From an uncultured Lachnospiraceae bacterium (GTDB taxonomy: Bacteria; Bacillota; Clostridia; Lachnospirales; Lachnospiraceae), in the NCBI GenBank assembly GCA_902797675.1, contig CADBTR010000073.1:1-59140 (forward strand): a stretch of 59,140 nucleotides of DNA, given 5' to 3'. A model generated the notes under the pieces. It saw nothing but the letters and a program-made list of their open reading frames with translations, did not search any database and was not told the DNA's origin. The translations under genes and the position numbers were made by a program. Shown piece by piece: positions 20,563 to 31,388 of this stretch (position 1 is its first letter; each line of letters starts with the position of its first letter).

Positions 20563-22158
20563 ATGTCAACAAAGTATGTTTTTGTAACCGGCGGTGTGGT
20601 ATCCGGTCTGGGAAAAGGAATTACCGCAGCATCTCTCGGACGCCTGCTAAAAGCTCGCGGTTACCGGGTAACTATGCAGAAATTCGATCCGTATATCAAT
20701 GTAGATCCGGGCACCATGAATCCCATTCAGCACGGTGAGGTATTTGTCACCGATGACGGTGCCGAGACCGATCTGGATCTGGGACATTACGAGCGTTTTA
20801 TCGATGAAAATCTGACAAAAAAATCCAATGTCACCACCGGCAAAATCTACTGGTCTGTACTGCAAAAAGAGCGGCACGGGGATTTCGGCGGGGGAACGGT
20901 GCAGGTCATCCCGCACATCACCAATGAGATCAAAAGCCGTTTCCACCGCAATGATTCCTCAAACGAAACGGAAATTGCCATTATCGAAGTCGGCGGAACG
21001 GTCGGTGATATCGAAAGTCAACCTTACCTTGAGGCAATCCGCCAATTCCGTCGGGAAGTCGGTCCGGAAAATGCAATTCTGATCCATGTTACATTGATCC
21101 CTTATCTGAAAGCATCCGGGGAGATGAAAACAAAGCCCACTCAGGCCAGCGTCAAAGAACTGCAGGGCATGGGAATCCAGCCGGATATCATTGTCTGCAG
21201 AACCGAGCATCCTTTGGACGATTCCGTCCGAAAAAAGATCGCTCTGTTCTGCAATGTACCCGACAATCATATTTTGCAAAATCTTGATGTGGATATTCTC
21301 TACGAGGCTCCTCTTGCCATGGAAAAAGAGCATCTGGCGGAAGTTGCCTGCAAATGTCTGAATCTTGACTGTCCGAAACCGGATTTAACGGAATGGGAAG
21401 AGATGATCGCCCGGGCGAAATCCCCGAAACATGAGATAACCATTGCTTTGGTGGGAAAATATATCTCTCTTCACGATGCCTACATCAGCGTCGTGGAGTC
21501 CTTAAAGCACGCCGGATATGCTGCTGAAACGACCGTCCATATAAAATGGGTGGATTCGGAACAGGTGACCCCGGAGAATGCCTCCGAATATCTGAATGAT
21601 GCAGACGGAATCCTTGTTCCCGGAGGCTTTGGCGACCGGGGAATCGAGGGCAAGATCCATGCGATCCAATACGCCCGCTGTCATAACATTCCTTTTCTCG
21701 GTTTGTGTCTCGGCATGCAGCTTGCCATTGTAGAATTTGCCAGAAATGTGGTGGGATATAAGGATGCCCACAGTGTCGAATTAAATCCGGAAACCGGCCA
21801 TCCGGTGATTCATCTGATGCCGGAGCAAAACGGGATCGAGGAGATCGGCGGAACCCTGCGGTTAGGTTCCTATCCCTGCGTGCTATCAAAAGAGTCAAAA
21901 GCATACGCCTTATACGGAAAAGAACTCATCAGAGAAAGACACCGTCATCGCTATGAAGTCAACAACGACTACCGGAACGTTCTGCAGGAGCATGGTATGC
22001 TGCTCTCCGGTATATCTCCGGACGGCAGGATCGTGGAAATGATCGAATTGCCGGGACATTCCTGGTTTGTTGCCACCCAGGCACATCCGGAATTTAAATC
22101 ACGCCCCAACAGACCGCATCCGCTCTTTTTAGGCTTTGTAAAGGCTGCCCTTCACTAA
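20563..22158 (+). CDS. pyrG: CTP synthase (ATG at 20563 preferred to TTG at 20551, which abuts the RBS)
   Basis: [41 protein letters not shown]. Confidence 0.97.
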   Translation: MSTKYVFVTGGVVSGLGKGITAASLGRLLKARGYRVTMQKFDPYINVDPGTMNPIQHGEVFVTDDGAETDLDLGHYERFIDENLTKKSNVTTGKIYWSVLQKERHGDFGGGTVQVIPHITNEIKSRFHRNDSSNETEIAIIEVGGTVGDIESQPYLEAIRQFRREVGPENAILIHVTLIPYLKASGEMKTKPTQASVKELQGMGIQPDIIVCRTEHPLDDSVRKKIALFCNVPDNHILQNLDVDILYEAPLAMEKEHLAEVACKCLNLDCPKPDLTEWEEMIARAKSPKHEITIALVGKYISLHDAYISVVESLKHAGYAAETTVHIKWVDSEQVTPENASEYLNDADGILVPGGFGDRGIEGKIHAIQYARCHNIPFLGLCLGMQLAIVEFARNVVGYKDAHSVELNPETGHPVIHLMPEQNGIEEIGGTLRLGSYPCVLSKESKAYALYGKELIRERHRHRYEVNNDYRNVLQEHGMLLSGISPDGRIVEMIELPGHSWFVATQAHPEFKSRPNRPHPLFLGFVKAALH

Positions 22159-22190
22159 AAAGACCGCAGGGTTTATCCCTGCGGTCTTTT
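22157..22190. terminator. Bidirectional intrinsic terminator between convergent pyrG and MCP genes
   Basis: aaaagaccgcaggg-tttat-ccctgcggtctttt. Confidence 0.9.
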
Positions 22191-22197
22191 GATATTA

Positions 22198-23913
22198 TCA
22201 CATATCCACTCTGAATTCTTTCATATCCTCATTCAATGTATTGGCGATATCTTTCAACTTACGTGAATTTTCCTTGATCTGATTCGCAATCTCATTGATC
22301 TGTGCAACCGATGCGGAAGATTCTTCTGTGCTTGCTGCGTTCTCTTCTGCAATCGCCGTCAGGTTATGAACGGTATCCACAACCTCGATCCTTGCCTTAT
22401 CCATCTCATCCATCTTATCGGAAATCTCACCCAGATATCTGACAGTATCTGTGATTCCCGATGAAATCTTCCGAAATGCCTCCTCTGTATCCTGAATATC
22501 ACTGCTCTGTTTCTTCGTGATATCCTTCACATTCTCCATCATCTGAACAGACTCTCTGGATTCCTTCACCAGTTCATCGATAATGATATTGATCTCCTCC
22601 GCAGATTCATTCGACTGCTCCGCCAATTTTCCGATTTCCTCGGCAACAACCGCAAACCCTCGTCCGGCCTCTCCTGCCCGCGCCGCTTCAATAGACGCAT
22701 TCAGAGAAAGGAGATTTGTCTGGGAAGCGATATTGGAGATCAGCTCCGTCACTTCCTGAATCTTGGCTACCGATGTATTCGTCTGGTTTGTCTGCTTCGC
22801 GATTTTATCCACAGACTCCATCGTCTCCAGATTGATCTGATTCAAACTCTTTAAGATCTCCGCTGCCGTCCTCTGAGCCTCTGTCATCAGTGAAGAAGCC
22901 CGATCCATCTCCTCCACTGTCTTCCCGGTATCCGCGATCATATCTCCGATCCGGATCACGTTATTTGTAGCATTCTGCGTCTCTCCGGCCTGGGAAGTTG
23001 CGCCCTCCGCAATCTCCGATACCGCATTATCCACCTGTTCCGAAGTTTCACTCATATCCGCAACATTATGAAATACCTCATCCGAAGCGCTCAGCAAACT
23101 CTCACTCTGATTCTTGATATCAGCAACTGTACGGGAAAGCGCCGCCTGCAATGAGCTGACCGCCCGTCCCATAATTCCGAATTCATCACGCCTTGTCGCA
23201 AGTTCCCTTCCGTTTTCATCCTGCGTCAGGTCAAGTTTCGACATGCGCAATATATAATCTGACATCTGTCTGATCGGCCTGAGACTGACCTCCATGACAA
23301 ATACACATGCAACCGAGCTCAGAAGAATCACTATGATACCAACAATAAGTCCTTTCACAAACATCGCCTGAATCGGCTGCATAACTTCCATCTCATCCGC
23401 CGACACCACAAGAATAAACCGGTTTCCCTCATTCTTGGATATATAATAGGCTGCATACTTCATTTCACCCTTAAATTCATATTCCGCGATCCCGCTCTCC
23501 GGTACCTCTCCGTTTTGAAGATCCTCCGTCAATCCTTTTACCACTTCGTTCTCTACAGAACTTCCGATCTTCTCCGCCGTCGGATGCCACATCATCATGC
23601 TGTCTTCCGCGCGCACCAGATACGCATAGCTGGAATCAAGACCAGTCACCTTGATGTTCTTCAATCTCATCTCGAGATTATCACTTTGGAACACTTTATC
23701 CATATCCCTCATATCAAGTTCCATGTCAATGCTCTCACCGGTATTCTGCGCCAAAGACGCCATATAGTTCTGCGAACTCTCCTTCAGAGAACTCTGCGCG
23801 GACGGAATCGTCGCAAGCAGCAATATAATTACCGTAATCACCGTTGCCACAATAAACAAGATATCCACTTTCGTCTTCAAAGACTGCCAAAAACCTACTT
23901 TCTGTTCTTCCAT
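22198..23913 (-). CDS. Methyl-accepting chemotaxis protein (Cache-like sensor, HAMP, signalling domain)
   Basis: Two TM helices; [34 protein letters not shown]. Confidence 0.95.
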   Translation of the reverse strand: MEEQKVGFWQSLKTKVDILFIVATVITVIILLLATIPSAQSSLKESSQNYMASLAQNTGESIDMELDMRDMDKVFQSDNLEMRLKNIKVTGLDSSYAYLVRAEDSMMMWHPTAEKIGSSVENEVVKGLTEDLQNGEVPESGIAEYEFKGEMKYAAYYISKNEGNRFILVVSADEMEVMQPIQAMFVKGLIVGIIVILLSSVACVFVMEVSLRPIRQMSDYILRMSKLDLTQDENGRELATRRDEFGIMGRAVSSLQAALSRTVADIKNQSESLLSASDEVFHNVADMSETSEQVDNAVSEIAEGATSQAGETQNATNNVIRIGDMIADTGKTVEEMDRASSLMTEAQRTAAEILKSLNQINLETMESVDKIAKQTNQTNTSVAKIQEVTELISNIASQTNLLSLNASIEAARAGEAGRGFAVVAEEIGKLAEQSNESAEEINIIIDELVKESRESVQMMENVKDITKKQSSDIQDTEEAFRKISSGITDTVRYLGEISDKMDEMDKARIEVVDTVHNLTAIAEENAASTEESSASVAQINEIANQIKENSRKLKDIANTLNEDMKEFRVDM

Positions 23914-24023
23914 ACTTTCTGTCCTCCTGACTTATGGAACACAAAAAAGCCAATCCGACCTTCCTGTAATCCCTTATGTAATTGCTGCATCCAACCGAAT
24001 GCAAATGTCACAAAAACGATATC

Positions 24024-24800
24024 TCAATTATATCTTTTTTCGTCAGAATTGTCAATTATAATTTTCTTCATCGCCTCCACGGCAACACGTATGGCAAGAT
24101 CGGTATCCTCCGTCTTAAACTCCTTATACCCCGCCTTATCTCTCTCCTGATTCCAGATCATCAGATATACGGCTCCGCATTGTACATGAAGTACGGAAGA
24201 CGCCACAAACAACGCCGCAGTCTCCATTTCCGAAGCAAGCACCCCCGCCTGTTTCCACGCCTGCCATTTTTCCAAAAGTTCTGTATGTACCGGCATACGC
24301 TCCGGCTCATGCTGTCCGTAAAAGGAATCCTTGCTCTGCACGATTCCGGTAAAATAACCGGCTTTCAATTCTTCCGCCGCCTCTTTTAACGCCAGTGTCA
24401 CCTGAAAATCTGCCGTTGCGGGAAATTCCACCGGCATATAATGAAGCGTGGTTCCCTCCTGTCTGACTGCTGCCATCGCGATGATCAGATCTCCCGCTTT
24501 CGGCTCCTCACTGATCCCGCCGCAGGTTCCGACACGGATAAATACCTTTCCTCCGCACTGTACCAGTTCCTCCAGGGCAATTGCCGCAGAGGGACCTCCG
24601 ATGCCGGTAGAGCAGACACTCACCTTTTCTCCCGCCAATTCTCCGGTATAAGTCACAAATTCCCGGTTTTGCGCCACCTTTTTTGCCCCGTCCAGATACG
24701 CCGCTATTTTTTCCACGCGCCCCGGATCTCCCGGCAGGATCACATATTTTCCGATCTCACCCGGTCTGCACTGAATATGCATTTTCTTTTCTTCACTCAT
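24024..24800 (-). CDS. udp: Uridine phosphorylase
   Basis: LPGDPGRV, STGIGGPS, RVGTCG, KDSFYGQH, SEMETA. Confidence 0.9.
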   Translation of the reverse strand: MSEEKKMHIQCRPGEIGKYVILPGDPGRVEKIAAYLDGAKKVAQNREFVTYTGELAGEKVSVCSTGIGGPSAAIALEELVQCGGKVFIRVGTCGGISEEPKAGDLIIAMAAVRQEGTTLHYMPVEFPATADFQVTLALKEAAEELKAGYFTGIVQSKDSFYGQHEPERMPVHTELLEKWQAWKQAGVLASEMETAALFVASSVLHVQCGAVYLMIWNQERDKAGYKEFKTEDTDLAIRVAVEAMKKIIIDNSDEKRYN

Positions 24801-24818
24801 ATCATCACTCCTGCTCCT

Positions 24819-26732
24819 CTACTCCTCGCAGGCATACAGCCCTTGATCTTGCGATTCCTTAACTTTTAATGTTCTCGTCGCATTCAGCACTGCGATCACC
24901 ATAACCCCCACATCGGCGAAAATCGCCATCCACATATTGGCAATGCCCAACGCTCCTAAGATCAGGCATCCAAATTTAACCGACAATGCAAATATAATAT
25001 TCTGATAGACAATCCCAAGTGTCTTTCTGGATATCTGCATTGCAAGAGAAATCTTCGACGGATCATCATCCATCAATACAATGTCCGCCGCCTCAATGGC
25101 CGCATCGGAACCCATCGCTCCCATGGCGATCCCGATATCGGCTCTCGTCAGCACCGGTGCGTCATTGATGCCGTCTCCCACAAAGGCAAGGCATTCCTTC
25201 TCATTCTTTTCCTTCAAAAGTCTCTCGACACAATCAACCTTATCAGCCGGCAGCAGTTCACTGTGGACTTCATCCAGTCCAAGCTGCAGCGCCACTTCTT
25301 TTGCAACCTCTTTCCGGTCGCCGGTCAGCATCACCGTTTTATTCACTCCCGCAGCTTTTAATCCGGCAATAGCCCGCTTCGCATTCCGCTTCACCACATC
25401 GGAGATCACCACCGCGCCGGCATACTTTCCATCTGCGCTGACATAAACAACCGTTCCCGTTTCCGTCACCGGACGGTAGGAAATATGCTGTTCCTTCATC
25501 AGCTTATCATTTCCGGCGTAAACCACATGACCTTCTACTTTCGCACAGATTCCCATGCCGCCAAGTTCCGTATAATCTGTAACCTGATCTCTCTGGACCT
25601 CGCGGTCACAGGCCTCTCTTAAGCTCTTTGCAATAGGATGATCGGAATAACACTCCGCGCTTGCCGCATAATATAACAATTCTTCTTTGGAAATATCCTC
25701 CGGCACCGTCTTTGTTACGCGGAATACTCCTTCCGTCAGCGTTCCGGTCTTGTCAAATACCATATATTTTGCCTTTGACAGCAATTCCAGATAGCTGGAA
25801 CCCTTCACAAGAATTCCCTTTGCCGAAGCTCCGCCGATTCCCCCGAAGAAACTCAAAGGAATGGAAATCACAACCGCGCAAGGACAGCTGATTACGAGAA
25901 ATGTCAATGCTCTCTTGATCCACTCAGGAAAATCCGCCGGATTTCCCATGAGCAGACTTATAACGGGCGGAAGAAGCGCCAATGCCAGCGCGCTGTAGCA
26001 TACAAACGGCGTATAATATCTTGCGAATCTGGAAATAAAATTCTCTGTCTTCGCCTTTTTCATGCTGGAATTCTCTACCAGATCCAGAATCTTCGCCACC
26101 GTTGACTCCTCGAACCCCTTCGTTGTCTGCACATGCAGCAATCCGGTCATATTGATGCAGCCGCTGATAATATCTTCACCGGCATGAATCTCCCTCGGCA
26201 CGCTTTCTCCCGTTAATGCGCTTGTGTTCAGAGTAGAGCTTCCCTCTGTGACGATACCGTCCAAAGGCACCCGCTCGCCCGGCTTGATCACAATCATACT
26301 CCCTACTTCTACCTCATCCGGATCTACCTGCTCCAAGATCCCTTCCACCTCGATATTGGCATAATCCGGTCTGATATCCATCAGAGCGGAAATATTTCTG
26401 CGGCTCTTTCCCACCGCATAGCTCTGAAACAGCTCCCCGATCTGATAAAATAACATAACGGCAACGCCCTCTGTATATTCTCCCAGACACATTGCCCCGA
26501 TCGTCGCTACCGTCATAAGAAAGTTTTCATCGAAAACCTCCCCGTGTACAATCCCGAGCGCCGCTTTTCTTAAAATATCGTAGCCGATGACCAGATACGG
26601 CACAAGAAAAAGCAATAATTTCGCAATCCCCTCCACCGGCAGCAATACGATCACCGCGATCAAAACCGCCGCAATAATGATCCGGTATAATACTTTTTTC
26701 TGTTTTCTCGTCATCTCTCTACCTTCTCTCAA
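24819..26732 (-). CDS. cadA: Cd/Zn/Co-type P1B heavy-metal ATPase
   Basis: FDENFLM, TGES, SCPC, DKTGTLT, SDHP, GDGINDAP, IFADVG. Confidence 0.9.
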   Translation of the reverse strand: MREGREMTRKQKKVLYRIIIAAVLIAVIVLLPVEGIAKLLLFLVPYLVIGYDILRKAALGIVHGEVFDENFLMTVATIGAMCLGEYTEGVAVMLFYQIGELFQSYAVGKSRRNISALMDIRPDYANIEVEGILEQVDPDEVEVGSMIVIKPGERVPLDGIVTEGSSTLNTSALTGESVPREIHAGEDIISGCINMTGLLHVQTTKGFEESTVAKILDLVENSSMKKAKTENFISRFARYYTPFVCYSALALALLPPVISLLMGNPADFPEWIKRALTFLVISCPCAVVISIPLSFFGGIGGASAKGILVKGSSYLELLSKAKYMVFDKTGTLTEGVFRVTKTVPEDISKEELLYYAASAECYSDHPIAKSLREACDREVQRDQVTDYTELGGMGICAKVEGHVVYAGNDKLMKEQHISYRPVTETGTVVYVSADGKYAGAVVISDVVKRNAKRAIAGLKAAGVNKTVMLTGDRKEVAKEVALQLGLDEVHSELLPADKVDCVERLLKEKNEKECLAFVGDGINDAPVLTRADIGIAMGAMGSDAAIEAADIVLMDDDPSKISLAMQISRKTLGIVYQNIIFALSVKFGCLILGALGIANMWMAIFADVGVMVIAVLNATRTLKVKESQDQGLYACEE

Positions 26733-26751
26733 TAATCATTGTCAATCCGGC

Positions 26752-26973
26752 TTACTCGAAAAAAATCTCACAATCCGGCTCTACCTTGCGGCATGCTTTT
26801 AATACCGTCTTCATCACTTTCTGTTCATCCTGCTCATCTTCAAATTCCACCTTCATCTTCTGCGTCATAAAGCTGACTGTGGCTTCCTTCACGCCCTCGA
26901 TCTTCTTAGCCGCATCCTCCATCTTCTGCGCGCAGGCTGCGCAGTCTACCTCAATCTTATACGTCTTCTTCAT
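26752..26973 (-). CDS. Small heavy-metal-associated (HMA) domain protein
   Basis: VDCAACA motif and VEPD C-terminus; RBS gaaaggag upstream of ATG 26973. Confidence 0.85.
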   Translation of the reverse strand: MKKTYKIEVDCAACAQKMEDAAKKIEGVKEATVSFMTQKMKVEFEDEQDEQKVMKTVLKACRKVEPDCEIFFE

Positions 26974-26986
26974 GATAAATCTCCTT

Positions 26987-27346
26987 TCATTCTTCCACAT
27001 GTTCCATTCCCATACTGATAATTGTTCTCACATGGTCATCATCAAGGGCGTAAAAAACAACCTTGCCCTCCCTGCGAAACCTTACCAGTTTCGCGTCTTT
27101 TAAGATCCTCAGCTGATGACTGACCGAGGACTGGCTTAAATTCAGCAATTGAGCAATATCACCGACACAAAGCTCACTCACCGATAACGCATAAAGAATC
27201 TTGATCCTGGTGGAATCCCCAAACACTTTAAACAACTCCGCCAGATCATACAGAATCTCATCATCGGGCTGTTCATCAATTACCTTTTTTACGATCTCAT
27301 CATGCGCCATCAGATATTCACTTGTCTTATCCCCGACAGCATCCAT
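26987..27346 (-). CDS. ArsR/SmtB-family metal-sensing repressor
   Basis: LAELFKVFGDSTRIKIL, LCVGDIA, SHQLRIL, DDHV..EH alpha5 site; RBS aaaggag upstream of ATG 27346. Confidence 0.93.
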   Translation of the reverse strand: MDAVGDKTSEYLMAHDEIVKKVIDEQPDDEILYDLAELFKVFGDSTRIKILYALSVSELCVGDIAQLLNLSQSSVSHQLRILKDAKLVRFRREGKVVFYALDDDHVRTIISMGMEHVEE

Positions 27347-27370
27347 ACTGACTCCTTTCCAACATTTCAT

Positions 27371-27424
27371 CATATGTTCATTTCTTCATATATTCATAAT
27401 AATACAATTCATAAACATTGTCAA
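27371..27424 (-). promoter_or_regulatory. Sigma-A promoter and SmtB/CzrA-like operator of the arsR-HMA-cadA operon
   Basis: TTGACA(27424-27419)-17-TATTAT(27401-27396), immediately followed by the imperfect palindrome atatgaa-gaaatg-aacatat. Confidence 0.75.
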
Positions 27425-27515
27425 GGAATTTTTAAAACATTTCTTGACTTTTAAAAAAATATCTCTTATCTTTATAGTAAACTTTATAATAGGTAATTAC
27501 GAAAGGAGTTTCACC

Positions 27516-28073
27516 ATGTCTATTCCCAATCCCCAACCAAAGGTTGTAACAATGGAAGACTATCTGGCATTGCCGGACGATACCAGAGCCGAAGTATTTG
27601 ACGGAGTGCTTACTGATATGGCAAGTCCATCCCGCACACACCAGACGATCCTGATGGAAATCTCTTCTCTGTTACATTCCTATGTGAAGAAAAAAGCAGG
27701 CAATTGCACGGTATTACCTGCCCCTTTTGATGTGAAACTATCCGACCATCCTCTGACGATTGTTCAGCCTGATCTGATGATCGTATGTGATAAGAAAAAA
27801 TTAGAGGAAAATATGTGTAACGGTGCCCCGGATTTTATTATCGAAATCGTCTCTCCCGGCAACCCGTCAGACGATTATATCAAGAAAGCCTATTATTATA
27901 AAACCTATGGCGTCCGCGAATACTGGATTGTTGATCCAAAGCGTCGAAAGATCACAGTCAATTATTTTGAAGAAGATCTGATCAGTATCGTATATGATTT
28001 TGATGCCACAATAAAAGTCAACATATATGAAGATCTCTATATTGATTTTTCACAGATTGCTAAAATTCTATGA
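27516..28073 (+). CDS. Uma2-family (PD-(D/E)xK-like) putative endonuclease; start re-assigned to ATG 27516
   Basis: MASPSRTHQ, APFDV, VQPDLMIVCD, GAPDFIIEIVSP, YGVREYWIVDP; RBS gaaaggag. Confidence 0.92.
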   Translation: MSIPNPQPKVVTMEDYLALPDDTRAEVFDGVLTDMASPSRTHQTILMEISSLLHSYVKKKAGNCTVLPAPFDVKLSDHPLTIVQPDLMIVCDKKKLEENMCNGAPDFIIEIVSPGNPSDDYIKKAYYYKTYGVREYWIVDPKRRKITVNYFEEDLISIVYDFDATIKVNIYEDLYIDFSQIAKIL

Positions 28074-28173
28074 CCCGCAGTGCCGTTGAACGGCACTACG
28101 ATTGAACGGCACTACGGGAATTGCTGCCGCCTCCAGCAAGCAGGTCGCAGGGCTAAAGCCATGCGACATTCAA
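28074..28173 (-). repeat. Dispersed palindromic repeat, copy 2 (module A plus two module D units closing into a GTAG palindrome)
   Basis: Minus strand ttgaatgtcgcatggctttagccctgcgacctgcttgctggaggcggcagcaattcccgtagtgccgttcaatcgtagtgccgttcaacggcactgcggg. Confidence 0.92.
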
Positions 28174-28181
28174 TAATATCC

Positions 28182-28229
28182 AAAAACGCCCCGCCGGAAC
28201 AATTCTCAAAATCGATCCCGACAGGGCAT
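28182..28229 (-). terminator. Intrinsic terminator of copA
   Basis: Minus strand atgccctgtcggga...tccggcggggcgttttt. Confidence 0.65.
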
Positions 28230-28244
28230 TATTATTTTTATCGT

Positions 28245-30773
28245 TTATACGATCTCCAATACCTTATAATCCTTATCTTCCACCGTCTTTTTCAGCACTT
28301 CGCTGTCAATATCCGATGCAAGGGTCACTACCGCGGTTCCCTCCGTGTGGCTGACTTTTGCTTCCGTCACTTCCGGCAGCGCCTCCAATGCCTTCTTTAC
28401 CGTTGCCTCGCAATGACCGCACATCATTCCCTCGATCTTCATTGTCTTTTCCATAACTGTTACCTCAACTTTCTCTAATTTTTTAGATTTTATTTTTTTA
28501 TCTCCGGCCGCATCATAGATCCGGCACAGATTCAGCCTTAACGCGTTGGTGACGACACAGAAGCTGGATAAGCTCATTGCCGCCGCGCCGAACATCGGAT
28601 TTAAGGTCCACCCGAACAGAGGGATCCATACCCCCGCCGCAAGGGGGATTCCGATAATATTGTAAATAAATGCCCAGAACAGATTTTCATGAATATTCCG
28701 AAGGGTAGCTCTGCTTAAGCGGATCGCCGCCGGAACATCTTTTAAGGAACTCTTCATCAGCACTACATCTGCGGCATCGATGGCAATATCCGTGCCGGCT
28801 CCGATGGCAATTCCCGTATCCGCCACCGTAAGCGCCGGCGCATCGTTGATGCCGTCGCCTACCATCACCGTCTTCCCCTGCTTCTTTAATTCGGTAATGA
28901 CCGCCGCCTTTCCATTCGGAAGCACTCCCGCGATCACTTCATCCACTCCTGCCTGTGCGCCGATGGCACCGGCAGTCTGCTCATTGTCACCGGTCAGCAT
29001 AACTACCCGGATTCCCATATTCTTAAGCTCTGCGATCGCCTCTTTGCTGTCTTCCTTCATCACATCGGCAACGGCGATCATACCGAGAAGCTTTCCTCCT
29101 TTGGCAAAATACATCGGCGTTTTACCTGCCATGGCAAGTTTCTTTGCCTGATCGGACATCTTTTTGGAAATCTCAGCCTTCATCCCGATAAATGCAGCAT
29201 TTCCGCCACAGATTTCTTCGCCCTCAAACATTGCCCGAAGACCGTTGCCGGGTCTTACTTCAAAATCTGTAAGCGCGACCGGCGCCTCTTCCCCGCTTCC
29301 ATGCACTCTTCCATAATCCGCGATTGCCAAAGCTAACGGATGTTCACTCCGCTTTTCCAATACTACGGCATAATGAAGCAGCTGTTCTTCTTTTACGCCC
29401 TCCGCAGGCACAATATCCGTAACTCCCGGCTCGCCCCTTGTGATCGTTCCTGTTTTATCAAGTGCCACGATCTCCGTCCTTCCGGTCGCCTCCAAAGACG
29501 CCGCCGTCTTAAACATAATCCCGTTTTTCGCCCCCATGCCATTTCCGACCATGATGGCAACCGGCGTTGCCAGTCCCAATGCGCATGGACAACTGATCAC
29601 CAGTACCGAGATTCCCCTTGCCAGTGCAAAACCGATGGTACGCCCCGCAAACAGCCAGATAAACGTCGTGATTACCGCAATGGTGATTACCGTCGGCACA
29701 AATACTCCCGATACCTTGTCCGCGATCTTCGCGATAGGCGCTTTCGTTGCCGCCGCGTCGCTGACCATCTGAATAATCTGAGACAATGTGGTGTCCTGTC
29801 CTACTTTTTCCGCCCGGCACTTCAAAAAACCGGACTGACTGACTGTTGCGGCCGACACCTTATCTCCCGCTGTCTTATCTGCCGGAATGCTCTCTCCGGT
29901 CAGCGCGGATTCGTTCACCGCGCTGCTGCCCTCGATCACCACGCCGTCCACCGGAATATTTTCTCCCGGCTTTACCACAAACAGATCACCTTTCTGTACT
30001 TCCTCAACAGGAACCGTAACTTCCTGTTCCCCTCTTAAGATCACCGCGGTTTTCGGCGCCAGCTTCATCAACCCCTTCAGGGCATCAGTAGTCTTGCCCT
30101 TAGAACGCGCTTCCAGCATCTTTCCCACCGTGATCAGCGTCAGGATCATCGCCGCCGACTCAAAATAAAATTCATGCATGTATTTCATCATGCGCGCTGT
30201 ATTTCCATCTGCCACCGCCCTGCTCATGACAAATAAAATGATTGTGCTGTAGGTAAATGCCGCAGCGGCACCAAGGGCCACCAGCGTATCCATATTCGGT
30301 GCTCCATGAAACAGGCTTTTAAATCCGCTGGTAAAAAATTTCTTATTGACCGCCATGACAATAATGGTCAATAACATTTCCAGCAATCCGATTCCTATGG
30401 GATTATCCTCAAAAAAAGCAGGAAGTGGAAAATGAAACATGGTATGTCCCATGGACACATACATCAACAGAATCAGAAAGCCCAACGATGTAAACAATCG
30501 TTTTTTCAATTTCGGCGTTTCCCTGTCTTTCAGGGCGTCTTCCGGTGACGCCGCCTGTGCCGCCAGGGCTCCCTGTCCCTTTTTTGACGCCTGATACCCT
30601 GCCTGATCCACCGCCTGAATGATTGCCTCCGGCGAAGCGGTACCCTCAATTCCCATGGAATTAGTCAGCAGACTTACCGAGCAGGACGTAACGCCCTCTA
30701 CCTTTCCCACTGCTTTCTCTACACGCGCCACGCATGCCGCGCAGCTCATGCCGTTTACCTGATATTGTTCCAA
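28245..30773 (-). CDS. copA: Copper-translocating P1B-1 ATPase with N- and C-terminal HMA domains
   Basis: GMSCAAC, PNMDTLVA, YFES, CPCALGLATP, DKTGT, SEHP, YN..MSLSS, C-terminal GMMCGHC. Confidence 0.94.
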   Translation of the reverse strand: MEQYQVNGMSCAACVARVEKAVGKVEGVTSCSVSLLTNSMGIEGTASPEAIIQAVDQAGYQASKKGQGALAAQAASPEDALKDRETPKLKKRLFTSLGFLILLMYVSMGHTMFHFPLPAFFEDNPIGIGLLEMLLTIIVMAVNKKFFTSGFKSLFHGAPNMDTLVALGAAAAFTYSTIILFVMSRAVADGNTARMMKYMHEFYFESAAMILTLITVGKMLEARSKGKTTDALKGLMKLAPKTAVILRGEQEVTVPVEEVQKGDLFVVKPGENIPVDGVVIEGSSAVNESALTGESIPADKTAGDKVSAATVSQSGFLKCRAEKVGQDTTLSQIIQMVSDAAATKAPIAKIADKVSGVFVPTVITIAVITTFIWLFAGRTIGFALARGISVLVISCPCALGLATPVAIMVGNGMGAKNGIMFKTAASLEATGRTEIVALDKTGTITRGEPGVTDIVPAEGVKEEQLLHYAVVLEKRSEHPLALAIADYGRVHGSGEEAPVALTDFEVRPGNGLRAMFEGEEICGGNAAFIGMKAEISKKMSDQAKKLAMAGKTPMYFAKGGKLLGMIAVADVMKEDSKEAIAELKNMGIRVVMLTGDNEQTAGAIGAQAGVDEVIAGVLPNGKAAVITELKKQGKTVMVGDGINDAPALTVADTGIAIGAGTDIAIDAADVVLMKSSLKDVPAAIRLSRATLRNIHENLFWAFIYNIIGIPLAAGVWIPLFGWTLNPMFGAAAMSLSSFCVVTNALRLNLCRIYDAAGDKKIKSKKLEKVEVTVMEKTMKIEGMMCGHCEATVKKALEALPEVTEAKVSHTEGTAVVTLASDIDSEVLKKTVEDKDYKVLEIV

Positions 30774-30810
30774 AAAGCTCCCCTCCTTGCATTTTAAGCC
30801 GGCAACCGGA

Positions 30811-31173
30811 TCACTTCATCATCTTTTTTATGGTAGCAACCAGTTCCTCGACGGTTTCATCCTTTCCAGCGCGAATATCACTTACCACGCAGGTTTTAAT
30901 ATGATTTTCCAAAAGCACTCTTCCGAAACTGTCCAATGCGGAAGATGCAGCCGCTACCTGTACCAGAATATCCGGACAATAGGCGCTCTTTTCCACCATT
31001 CCGCGGATTCCCCGGATCTGCCCTTCTATCCTGCTTAAGCGGTTTATCAAATCCCTGTATTCCTTCTCAGAGCGTTCCTTTCTTCTGGCTTTGCAGCATG
31101 CGCATTCTTCTTTCCGTTCTTCTGTCCCGATATCTTCACAATCTCCGCCGGTTTTTCTCTTTTCTTCTTCCAC
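30811..31173 (-). CDS. csoR: CsoR-family copper-sensing repressor (start re-assigned to GTG 31173)
   Basis: NRLSRIEGQIRGIRGMVE, YCPDILVQ, HIKTCV; RBS agagggag. The track's TTG start lies in the -35 box. Confidence 0.9.
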   Translation of the reverse strand: MEEEKRKTGGDCEDIGTEERKEECACCKARRKERSEKEYRDLINRLSRIEGQIRGIRGMVEKSAYCPDILVQVAAASSALDSFGRVLLENHIKTCVVSDIRAGKDETVEELVATIKKMMK

Positions 31174-31215
31174 CTTTCGCTCCCTCTTATCTGTTAGTCT
31201 TGTGTAACTTACAAC

Positions 31216-31245
31216 AGTATATACCCTGTGGGGGTATCTTGTCAA
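31216..31245 (-). promoter_or_regulatory. Sigma-A promoter with CsoR operator
   Basis: TTGACA..TATACT with the palindrome ataccc-tgtgg-gggtat (31221-31237) between the boxes, matching the TACC-G/C tract-GGTA CsoR box. Confidence 0.85.
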
Positions 31246-31290
31246 GAAAAAAAAGACTGCAGATGTAAGCCCCTATCAGCACCTGCAGTC
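31246..31290 (-). terminator. Probable terminator of the surface-protein gene
   Basis: gactgcag..ctgcagtc inverted repeat followed by a T-run on the minus strand. Confidence 0.65.
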
Positions 31291-31388
31291 ATGAATGTTC
31301 AGTTAAAATAAGTTCTAACCTCTCACCCCCCCCATTTTACCATTTTTAAACCTGAAAATCAAGCCTTAATTGTTGTCACACCTTGTCA

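Noticed and set aside
28080-28478. ORFs 28080-28478, 46291-46545 and 58775-59125 sharing peptides such as CCRLQQAGRRAKAMRHS or MNLRPTG..KQVAGLKPCDI
   Set aside because: The shared peptides are translations of the DNA repeat, and the remainder overlaps real genes in shadow frames
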